From a virus, in IMG/VR virus record IMGVR_UViG_3300020192_000009, positions 34,504 to 98,503 of that record: a stretch of DNA of 64,000 nucleotides; one strand, given 5' to 3'. This document shows positions 52,503-61,668 of the stretch, in pieces. Numbering within the stretch: position 1 is the first letter of the stretch; every line of letters begins with the position of its first letter. The translations under genes and the position numbers were made by a program. The notes below the pieces were generated by a model. It had not been told where the DNA came from. It saw only the letters and a program-made list of their open reading frames with translations, and did not search any database.

Positions 52503-53147
52503 GTAACAAAGGCTGTGCAATGCCTTTCAAAATTGCAACGCGGGCATCGTGCCAAAGGCTGTGCAATGCCTTTCAAAATTGCAACACAGCCAGCCGCGCG
52601 ACGAGGTTGGCGCGCGCGACAGTGCCAAAGGCTGTGCAATGCCTTACAAATTGCAACATACCGACACAGCGGTATTAGCCGCGCTCATGTCGGCGTGCCA
52701 AAGGCTGTGCAATGCCTTTCAAAATTGCAACCAATACTGGGGCGGGAGCTATCATCGCCAACTCGGGTGTCGCGAAGGCTGTGCAATGCCTTACAAAATT
52801 GCAACAGACGCGAGAAGGCGCACTACATACGGTCGCAAAGGCTGTGCAATGCCTTTCAAAATTGCAATAAGACGCGGCTTTCACCAAAGGCTGTGCAATG
52901 CCTTACAAAATTGCAACTGCTCGATTTGGACGAAGGCTGCGCAATGCCTTTCAAAATTGCAACAAGACGAAAGGCATCGTACCAAAGGCTGTGCAATGCC
53001 TTAGAAATTGCAACTGATTCGCAGCTGCGTTAGTTGCGGCAACAAAGGCTGTGCAATGCCTTTAAAATTGCAACGAATAAAAGGAACGAAAGGCCATGGC
53101 TGGTGCAAATTGCAACAAAGGCTGTGCAATGCCTTTAAAATTGCAAC
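52503..53147 (+). CRISPR. CRISPR-like array 3: 11 repeats
   Basis: Repeats start at 52503, 52549, 52622, 52695, 52769, 52832, 52881, 52927, 52979, 53039, 53112; spacers 9,36,37,37,26,12,9,15,24,37 nt. Confidence 0.9.
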
Positions 53148-53183
53148 ACGCGTACTCGGCACAGTGTCAACAACTTTGGACAG

Positions 53184-53317
53184 AAAAAAAGCGGCCAAAC
53201 TTTCGTCTGGCCGCTTGCAATGGGCGGAGTACACAGTGATCGGGATGCAACTCCCTTAACCTATTAACACATAGAATGCTTCGATGTAGGATATCGAAAC
53301 GGAAGATCCGCTTTGCA
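53184..53317 (-). ncRNA. Candidate tracr/scout-like structured RNA with its own promoter and terminator
   Basis: TTGACG(53352-47)-N17-CAGATT with extended TG; hairpin GGGA-GUUGCA-UCCC; CAUUGCA; terminator GCGGCCA/UGGCCGC-U7. Confidence 0.5.
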
Positions 53318-53430
53318 AAGGTGAATCTGCCAGTTCCTTAACAGCGCGTCAAGTCTTTTGAACGTTAAAACGGTCAAAAAAGAGGGGATACGTGCGTCTT
53401 GTACACGACGCTAGTTTGTGGTTAAGATAC

Positions 53431-53465
53431 CCAAAAGGCCATGTAACGCCTTTCAGAATTGCAAT
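53431..53465 (+). repeat. Degenerate solo repeat in the 5' UTR of 53474-53755
   Basis: AAAGGCCATGTAACGCCTTTCAGAATTGCAAT. Confidence 0.75.
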
Positions 53466-53473
53466 AAATCAGT

Positions 53474-53755
53474 ATGGCCTTAGTTTTACGTTTTCGGTGT
53501 CCTTGTTGTGGCGCATCGCGTGGTGTTCAGCATTACGGGCTTGATCCTTTGGAAAACGGCGAGGTGTACCTTGGCCGTCCTGAACACACAGTAGAGCGCC
53601 TGCTATTCGAGATAGGGGGTCGAGGGAGCGCGCACGTCGTTGAACGTGGGGCCATCAACCTCGAAGCCGCCAGGGCACTTGCCGCATCTGTACGGGATGC
53701 CCTGGCACAACTCGAAAGCGAGATCGCTGAAGCCGTCAACGCTGCAGGCGATTAG
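53474..53755 (+). CDS. Small hypothetical protein (CPCCG)
   Basis: ORF downstream of TTGTAC-N18-TAAGAT. Confidence 0.55.
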   Translation: MALVLRFRCPCCGASRGVQHYGLDPLENGEVYLGRPEHTVERLLFEIGGRGSAHVVERGAINLEAARALAASVRDALAQLESEIAEAVNAAGD

Positions 53756-54090
53756 GCCGTGGGCTCGTCCGTAGAGATCGCGGATGCGTACAATCCCCAT
53801 AACAGTACAGCTTCAAAAACTGGCGTAAGGAACAGGCCAAGTAAGCCCGCAGCGGCAACGCTTAGCGGCGCCCAAGGCCATGTCACGAGTTGATCTAGCG
53901 GGCGCAGGCCTATGAAATAGGCACCGATGCCTAGCCACCAGCCCGAACACGCGGGGCACGCTAGCAGTTTCCCCACGAAGCCCGTACCAACATTGCCCCA
54001 AAACACTTGCGTGATCTCGGCCCGCGCAATCAGCCAATGTGTTGCTGCCAATAACACGCCCAGGGCCGCAATCTGAATCAATGTGTGCAT
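53752..54090 (-). CDS. DUF1360-like membrane protein
   Basis: LLACPACSGWW within hydrophobic helices. Confidence 0.6.
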   Translation of the reverse strand: MHTLIQIAALGVLLAATHWLIARAEITQVFWGNVGTGFVGKLLACPACSGWWLGIGAYFIGLRPLDQLVTWPWAPLSVAAAGLLGLFLTPVFEAVLLWGLYASAISTDEPTA

Positions 54091-54094
54091 GTGG

Positions 54095-54493
54095 CTAGCC
54101 TTTCCTTACGCGGTCACGAAGTGCCATGCGAAACCGCATGTCTTCGCGGGTTGCGACTTGCCGAAAAGACTCGCATGTAGCGGCGTCTTCGGTGGGCCGT
54201 GCTTCGCGGCGACACCAGCCCATATTCTGTAAATACAGCGTAATCGAAGGCCTTCCCGGGAAATCCTTCACAATGGGCGTTTGGATTGCGCCATTTTGCT
54301 CAATGGTCAGCCCATGCGCTTGAAAATGCTGGGCAAGTTTTTTCTCGTCTTTTTCCCATGATTTGCACATAAAGCACGGATTGCCTTCAATGCCCTTTTG
54401 TAAATCAATGACACCTTTTGCGTTGGCGTCACCGTCGCCTCCTGTAATGCGAACTTTCTGCCAATCGGTTGTTTTTTCATTGTTGTCGCTCAT
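54095..54493 (-). CDS. Cys-containing hypothetical protein
   Basis: CFMCKSW...GWC...TCESF. Confidence 0.6.
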   Translation of the reverse strand: MSDNNEKTTDWQKVRITGGDGDANAKGVIDLQKGIEGNPCFMCKSWEKDEKKLAQHFQAHGLTIEQNGAIQTPIVKDFPGRPSITLYLQNMGWCRREARPTEDAATCESFRQVATREDMRFRMALRDRVRKG

Positions 54494-54543
54494 TGCGGTT
54501 GGATGTTATGCAACACAATGCCAATACACAATGACAAAAAGCG

Positions 54544-54572
54544 TTGACATTGCAGTGCTAGATTCTTAATGT
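54544..54572 (+). promoter_or_regulatory. Sigma70-type promoter
   Basis: TTGACA-N17-TAATGT upstream of 54583. Confidence 0.55.
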
Positions 54573-54582
54573 TTGCCCCAAC

Positions 54583-56784
54583 ATGGCAGTCGGCGAAAGC
54601 GCGTCCCCAAAAGGTTCACCGGATCTAAGTAAATTGCAGGCAATGCAAGATCCGATGGTTGTTGTCACCAAAGGCCGGAAAGGTGCAAGTCGCTCAATTC
54701 TTGCGGGACAACGGCTTAAAGTGCCGGATATCCTGGCATTGCATAAAGATTTGCCATTGAGCTTTGGCCCTGGCATTTACAAATTTGAGGTTACCGATGC
54801 TGCTGGCGATGGTACCGGCAAAGACGCATGGACGGCCCAGCTAGGTGGCGAAGTCGGGGAAATCCCAACGCTTCCTGTGGTTTCTAATGAATTCGGCGAA
54901 GGAGCTTTTCCAATGACTGTGGTTGCTAATAGCGTGACACCTCCGACAATGAGCGCCGCCAATGCGGCTGCAATGGGCGTCCCAATGCCCCCCGCGCAGC
55001 CGACAATGCCAATAGGCATGTCAATGCCCACGTCAATGAACGGCGGCATGGGTGGCATGTCCCCCGGCGCAATGGAAGGCTCCCGGCAAATCGGCCCTGG
55101 CTGGTGGTACAACGAAACGCTAGGCATGCTGATTAACCGTAATGGTGAGTTGCACGCTTGGCGCACTGGCATGCCGCTGCCAGGCTCTGCCGTTGCTACG
55201 CCACCTGCAGCATCACCATGGGGCGCTGGCGCTATGGCTGGCGGACTTCCCCCTTGGGGCACAATGCCGGTCACCGAGGATCCTAGACTTGTGCAACTTG
55301 AGGCGCAATTGCGTGAAGCACGCGAAGACGTGAAAGAGCGCGCACGGCAAGCCGAGTTGCAGGTTTTGCGTGATGCAATGACCAAACTCGCAGACGCGTT
55401 TTTAGCAAAGCCCACGGGCCCCTCTGAAAACGAACGCGCGTTGCAGGCCCAAGTGGAAGCACAACAGCGTGCCACCGAGACACTACGCCAAGAAAGTGCA
55501 CAGCGTGAGTTTGCGCGCCAACAGGACGACAATCGTCGCCGCGACGAAGATGCACGACGCGTTGAATTCAATGCGGTTGTTGCAAACCTACAAGCGCAGA
55601 TCAAAGAGGGGAACACCTCTAAGGTTGATCCGATGATTACCATGATCACGCAAATGATGAATGCACAACAGACGGCAAGCACCACAATGCTCCAAGCCGT
55701 GCAAAACGCGGCGCTTAATGGTGCTGAAGTTGCTCGTGAAAGTAATCGTCAAATAATTGAGCGGTTAAGCAGTTCACAAATGACACCTGAGCGCATGATG
55801 GACGTGCTCAAGGTTGCAAAGGATCGTGGGCCTGAAGCCGAAATGGGCAAGCTACAAGTTGGCATGTTCAAGGATTTGCTTAACATGTCGCAAGACATGA
55901 ACAGGCAAATCATCGACGCCAATTCAGGTGGACAACAGCCTGTGTGGGTGGGCTTGCTGCAACAGACGCTTGAAAAGGGCGGGGCCATTGCGCAACAACT
56001 TGCATTGACGCGAGCCAATGAAGTTGCGCGCCAGGAGCGCCAAGAACGTGAACAGCGGAGGCAAGACGCTATTGAACGGCAACGACGCCTGGAACAAACA
56101 ACAACGCCTGCGCAAGCACGCACGCAAATCGCTGCAGTCGCGTCTGCCAAAGCACCCGCTAAAGCAGTTGACGCGCGTACATCCAGCCAAACGGAACGTG
56201 ATGCCATTGCAGCACGTATGTTCCCCACGGCTACACAGGGCAGTGCTGCAGCCGAGCGTGATGCCGCAGCCGCTACAGTCTTTCGAGCCGCTGACCATGC
56301 GCCCCTGCATGCCGTAAGTGACATCGAAGACGGGGAAGACGAAGAGTATGAAGATGGGGAAGACGAAGACGAGGAAGACGAAGAAGACGAAATTGTAGCG
56401 GCCAAAGAACTTGGTGTAGACGTAGCCAAAATCAAGCCAATGGACATTTCCAAAGTCTCGCCTGCGGTGATCCGCAAGCAGATCAAAAAAGTGTCTGATG
56501 CTGATTTCTTCGGGGCGTCTTGGCCGCATGTGCAAGACCTACGCAAATCGATCATGGCTGGTGAGATTGAACCCGAAGCCGCAGCAACGTTTATTGCGCA
56601 AGCATGCGCGCAGCTGCAAAGCTTTGGGCAGGTGCCGCCTGCTGTGGAATTGCTTTTCACAGGGCACATTGACATTGCAATCGAGCGGTTAGCGCCCGAT
56701 GCACCTGCCAGGTTTCGCACACTCTTGATCGCTCTGGTGCAAGAAGGCATCGACAACGCTGCGCCGCCTGAAAGCGGCAACTAA
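54583..56784 (+). CDS. Large coiled-coil protein with Met/Gln/Pro-rich and acidic tracts, function unknown
   Basis: 733-aa ORF with heptads and a poly-D/E tract. Confidence 0.75.
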   Translation: MAVGESASPKGSPDLSKLQAMQDPMVVVTKGRKGASRSILAGQRLKVPDILALHKDLPLSFGPGIYKFEVTDAAGDGTGKDAWTAQLGGEVGEIPTLPVVSNEFGEGAFPMTVVANSVTPPTMSAANAAAMGVPMPPAQPTMPIGMSMPTSMNGGMGGMSPGAMEGSRQIGPGWWYNETLGMLINRNGELHAWRTGMPLPGSAVATPPAASPWGAGAMAGGLPPWGTMPVTEDPRLVQLEAQLREAREDVKERARQAELQVLRDAMTKLADAFLAKPTGPSENERALQAQVEAQQRATETLRQESAQREFARQQDDNRRRDEDARRVEFNAVVANLQAQIKEGNTSKVDPMITMITQMMNAQQTASTTMLQAVQNAALNGAEVARESNRQIIERLSSSQMTPERMMDVLKVAKDRGPEAEMGKLQVGMFKDLLNMSQDMNRQIIDANSGGQQPVWVGLLQQTLEKGGAIAQQLALTRANEVARQERQEREQRRQDAIERQRRLEQTTTPAQARTQIAAVASAKAPAKAVDARTSSQTERDAIAARMFPTATQGSAAAERDAAAATVFRAADHAPLHAVSDIEDGEDEEYEDGEDEDEEDEEDEIVAAKELGVDVAKIKPMDISKVSPAVIRKQIKKVSDADFFGASWPHVQDLRKSIMAGEIEPEAAATFIAQACAQLQSFGQVPPAVELLFTGHIDIAIERLAPDAPARFRTLLIALVQEGIDNAAPPESGN

Positions 56785-56806
56785 CAACGCGATTGTCAGG
56801 TGCCAT

Positions 56807-57254
56807 GTGCGCGTACCAGGACAGTTACCAAAGCGGCGGAAGTTCGAGCCGAACGATCCGCATGCGGAAGGTTGGGAGGTTGCCGCAGCTGAAGGGCTGC
56901 GTACAGCGAATCCCTACGGCGCGTATACGGATGATGCGCGCCGATGGACCGATGGCTACAACGAATACGTTGAGACTGAAGACCAATGCGCGGATTGAAG
57001 CTGCGCGAAGCATGCACGTTTGATATTGTGAGTGTATGTTTAAATTAAAGCGCCCAACAATGATCCCAAAAGGGTACGAGCCTATGTGCCCCCTTTCCGA
57101 AGGCTGCGACGCCGCTACCTTCGGAAAGTCGCGGCTGTTGAACCCCTACACAGTTGGCACGTACGAGGCTTCTGAATGGGACAAGGGCTATTTCATGATG
57201 GTGGGGGATCGCGATGCGTCCGATCCCGACCCTGATGATGCGTGTGCGAATTAA
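56807..57254 (+). CDS. Two tandem Rmf/CrpP-like small proteins (56807-56998, 57036-57254)
   Basis: EG..A...G.....NPY......W..GY motif in both. Confidence 0.55.
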
Positions 57255-57568
57255 GCGGCACGTCGCATGCAGTGTTCACATGCATGCCAATCAAATGCAA
57301 TGCATGCGGAACACCAACCTACGAAACTTCAGGCATTTATGGCGAGGTGCCTCTATGCGAACGTCACCACAATGAAGCGGTGCGGGTCCTTGGGGTTACA
57401 GCGCGGTGGGGAAAACCGGCTGCTATCGTAGTTGAAAGCCGTGTCTCATTCGCGCGCCCACAACAACGGAAAATTGCGGACAATCAAAACGTGTGGCTTG
57501 GTTACCGTTGGACGGGCCATTAACCTTCGCGTGTGTTGCTGCCAAACGCGCGATCCGTCAATTCAGTA

Positions 57569-58697
57569 GTTGCAATTTTGAAAGGCATTGCACAGCCTTT
57601 GTCGCTTCGCAGGGAAACTCACAAAACGCAGGAGGTTGCAATTTCTAAGGCATTGCACAGCCTTTGCTACCCACACAACCTGCACCTGTCGTTGCAATTT
57701 GAAAGGCATTGCACAGCCTTTGTCACGCGCTTGCCGTGGTTGCAATTTGTAAGGCATTGCACAGCCTTTGTCACGGGCTAACGCAAATTCGTATTGCATT
57801 GTCGTTGCAATTTTGTAAGGCATTGCACAGCCTTTGTCACGCTTGGAGTGCCGCCAAGAAGCGCCGACATCTCTTCGTTGCAATTTCTAAGGCATTGCAC
57901 AGCCTTTGTCACCTCCATCGCATGTGGCGCTCACTTCGTGTATGTCGTTGCAATTTTGAAAGGCCTTGCACAGCCTTTGTTGCTTCGCAGGGAAGCCCTA
58001 AAAAACGCAGTTGCAATTTCTAAGGCATTGCACAGCCTTTGTCACGCGCTTGCTAGGTGGAGTGGCTGCACTGGTGTTGCAATTTTGAAAGGCATTGCAC
58101 AGCCTTTGTCACTCTTCAGTTGTTGCAATTTGTAAGGCATTGCACAGCCTTTGTCGCCGACTATTCCCCGCGCTCAATAAATGATGCAGTACTTTGGTTG
58201 CAATTTTGAAAGGCATTGCACAGCCTTTGTCGCATCGAGCACCTTCAAACGTTGCAATTTTGTAAGGCATTGCACAGCCTTTGTCGCTTCGCAGGGAAGC
58301 CCTAGAAAACGCAGTTGCAATTTCTAAGGCATTGCACAGCCTTTGTCACAAGCGTTGCAATTTTAAAGGCATTGCACAGTCTTTGTCGCAGCCTTGCACG
58401 AGCTTGTCTTCGGTTGCAATTTTGTAAGGCATTGCACAGCCTTTGTCACTGCTTGTCGTGGTTGCAATTTTGAAAGGCATTGCACAGCCTTTGTCACCCG
58501 CTGAGCCCGCGCGAGTAGCGTCTGCTCATGGCGTTGCAATTTCTAAGGCATTGCACAGCCTTTGCTAGAAGAGATCGGCGGCTTCAGGTTGCAATTTTAA
58601 AGGCATTGCACAGCCTTTGCTAGATCACATTTTCCCATCCCGCCATTCGTTGCGACGATGTGTTGCAATTTTAAAGGCATTGCACAGCCTTTGCTAG
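57569..58697 (-). CRISPR. CRISPR-like array 4: 19 repeats
   Basis: Reverse-complement repeats from 57569 to 58662; spacers in + order 29,20,12,29,36,34,26,30,9,39,17,26,4,23,11,35,19,38 nt. Confidence 0.9.
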
Positions 58698-58699
58698 TG

Positions 58700-60961
58700 T
58701 TAACTGTCAATATGGGAAACTAGGGCTGCAGCCGCCTCAACTTCAATTGCCAGCGTGCTGCGACAATGCACACAATGGCGTAACGCTAACAATGGCGTGT
58801 TATCCGCATCTAGTTGAATGCCACCTGCCACTGTGTGTGCAAGTAGCGCGGCAGTGGAGGCGCAGACTTGTTCGTGAAAAGCTGTTGTGCATACATGTGA
58901 CGACGACGGATCAAAGTGAAACATGAAAGGTCCTCCCAGCCACCAGAGCGGCGTAAATGTGTCTCATGGCTGTAACGTATAAGATTCGGCTTGTTGGCTA
59001 AACTGCGCGACAAACGCCAACATGCTTCCGGGCGACTTCACTGTGCACGCCACGCCGCGCACAATGGTCTTTACGCTTTGCCTCTGCGAAGGTGTCAAGC
59101 TTGCAGGTATACGTTTTGAGTCCTGGCTTTCATGTTCCACTGTGATCCGTCGTCTGTGTAAGCTTACGCGCGTGCGCGCCGCATGTCGTGAATATGTGCA
59201 TTATCGGGATAGATTTCAATCTGAATGTTTGCGAGCAACGCGTTTATTTGACGCTTGTATGCCGCAAATTGCCGTGGGGTTACTGCGTCTGTAGGCGCCG
59301 CTACACCAGGGTTGGCAAGGGCGAGCCATGTTGCAACGAAAGCTTCTGAGGCAAGGCCCGCATGCGCCAGTACGCGAGATGCAACGTTGTTGCGCAATCT
59401 GACTTGTAGATCTTGCAATGTGTTGGTGACGCATAACACGTCTTCCTTGGGGGATCCTGCAATGCGTTCGACGGCAAGGTAAGCGGGCATGTTAATCTGC
59501 AACAATCTGAAGGCCCAATTCGCCTTCGAGTTTCAGTTCTGCAATGACACTAGATTCGGCGTCAAGCCACACTGTGGGGCCTTCTGCGCCGCAAACTTCG
59601 CTTGCCAGTTTGCGGGCTTGGCGTGCATTCATGGCGCGAATGATCATACGGAAAAATTCGCCAAAGTGGATGCCTTTTTCGCGGGGCCGTCGCAGGATGA
59701 AAAGGCGTGGAGTTTTTGCTTGTACTATCAATTTTTTTGGCATGGCGTGTTCCTCGTGGCGTGTTGTTGTTACTTTAACGTGTGAATGTCGATGCTTCGC
59801 CACGTTTGCGTGACAGGGTTGAACGTCTCGAATGTGGCCAGCGCGAAAGTGCGTGTTCGCCAGCCTGCAAGAACTTTGCGCGCGTAGGCTCCCGGGTCGC
59901 TTACAAGGTCGCCCCGCTTTGTGGGTGCATCACGCGTAAACGTTGCGGTTGCAGGGTCTTTTGTGCGACGCGGAACGTCTGTAAACGCAATGTCACCGTT
60001 GCGCTTTACGCGTCTGTATTTGATCGTTGGCCGTTGCGCATCGGCATCAACCAACAGTTCCCCTCGATAGTTTCGCAGTAGACAACGTATACGCATGTCA
60101 AACCTTCCAGGGCTAGAACCAAACGCAGGACACAAGCGCGCCAAGGGCCAAAGCGGTAAGTACGCAAGTGCCTAAGCATGTTTCGGGGTCCCACAAACGG
60201 TTCATTGGGCACGCTTTTGTTGAGGGGTCTCCGCTGTGACCCAACCGCGCGCCATCAATTTTTCCCAGATACACGTATACACGTTGTAGCGCGTTTCGAT
60301 GCCTGGGCGCACCTTCGGGCAGGGTAGCGGCAGTTCTTCAAGGTGCGTGCATCTGTCTGCAATCGTCACCGATCCCGACATTCTTCGCGTGATTGGATTC
60401 ATTGCACCGTACACGTTGCCAAAGTTTGGCACAAACAACGTATCGCCCACTTGCGGCTGTAGCCCTTCGTTGTTTCGCGCGTGTATTGCAACGACCGGCC
60501 AATGTTTGACAATAACAACGGGGCCGCTGGTGCTGCGAAGAACGTCAACAACAACCAAAGCGTTATCCAACATTCGCAGCGTGCACCCTACGTGCAGATC
60601 TTCGACTTTAAGAAGCGTCATTGGGAGCCGTCACTTTCAATTTGCCGCCAATTTCACGGAAATAATCCGCTTCGATTTTCGTGAGTGTGGCCACACAGGC
60701 ATCAGGCCCGTCGTATTCCACCGTGAAGGGTTGTTTGAGGCTCAACCGCTTGTCGTATGCGGCTTGGGCTGCAGCGTCCATGCGATTGTATTTGTGTTTG
60801 TTGTATTCGTGTTTGTTGTGCGTGTCCAGGCACAACACGCCGCTTCGTTGCATCAACAGGGTCACGCGTTGCCGTCGTGTCATGACCACACCGTTGTTGC
60901 GAATCAAAGCATCCAGGTGCATCGTTGCCCTAGCGCTTTGCGCGTTGGAAAGCCTACTCGG
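58700..60961 (-). other. Small hypothetical genes (58700-58924 Zn-finger-like, 59164-~59490, 59492-~59743, 59770-~60096, 60202-60621, 60608-~60961)
   Basis: Contiguous - strand ORFs; starts approximate. Confidence 0.5.
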
Positions 60962-61589
60962 CATTGGGGGTTCCTGGCGCGCAATCCGGCGCGTGTACGA
61001 GTTTACAGCTTTCACGGATCCAAAGCGGGATCCGCGCTTGGTGTCGCTTCACACTTTCGGCGGAACACAGGCAGCGCTTTAGCGCGGCGTCATGATGTCC
61101 ACACGGACAATGGGTACCACCCACAAGCAGCCTAAAAATGCAGGGTACTTCGTAGGCGGGGCCGTCTACGTTGCCGTAATGAATCACGCGCGTTTGCAGT
61201 GTAACGCGGATGGTATCCAACGTGTGGGCGCTGAATTCATGAATCCCGTCGAGGAACAAAACTCCGCCATGCGCTAACGACAACTCCCCGGGCGTCCAGC
61301 GCCAACCGTCGCGAAAACTACCGCGCAGCATTTCCGGGCTTATGGTGTGGTGCGGTGCTCGAAAAGGCGGGCGCACCACCGAACGGTGTTGTTCTGGCGC
61401 TGTGTGCCTGCCGGTTACACGGTAAATGTGCGTAATCTCGCGATCAAATTGCGCAAAATTGCCTTGCGGGATCCACGAGTGTTCCGCTTCGTGGCGCGCC
61501 CATCTTGGTCTTCCTGTGGGAAGGTGATCTAGTATAAGCTTGTGGTCAGGTCGCGGGATCGGGTCGTATTCGCGGCGTGTGAATGGCAT
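60954..61589 (-). CDS. Truncated, catalytically degenerate ComM/YifB (Mg-chelatase-like AAA+) fragment
   Basis: PFRAPHHT, PGELSLAHGGVLFLDG, CPCG..C.C; no Walker A. Confidence 0.8.
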   Translation of the reverse strand: MPFTRREYDPIPRPDHKLILDHLPTGRPRWARHEAEHSWIPQGNFAQFDREITHIYRVTGRHTAPEQHRSVVRPPFRAPHHTISPEMLRGSFRDGWRWTPGELSLAHGGVLFLDGIHEFSAHTLDTIRVTLQTRVIHYGNVDGPAYEVPCIFRLLVGGTHCPCGHHDAALKRCLCSAESVKRHQARIPLWIRESCKLVHAPDCAPGTPNAE

Positions 61590-61668
61590 TGATCAATTCC
61601 TGGTAGAGGGTGAGCGCGTGGCTACAAACGTGGCGCCTAGGTCGAAGCGCTATTCTATTTTCCCTTCG

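Noticed and set aside
53232-53240. ATCACTGTG shared between the candidate ncRNA and the 41.5-kb operator repeats
   Set aside because: Only 9 nt, which is compatible with chance
54777-56780. Long antisense ORFs (54777-55685, 55749-56780; also 62641-63390 and 60299-61135)
   Set aside because: Shadow ORFs opposite better-supported genes
2330-58661. Self-targeting spacers
   Set aside because: By eye I found only 9-11 nt matches (CCTGCGTTTTG near 25367; AGACGAAAG near 53200), which are expected by chance. An exhaustive search was not possible
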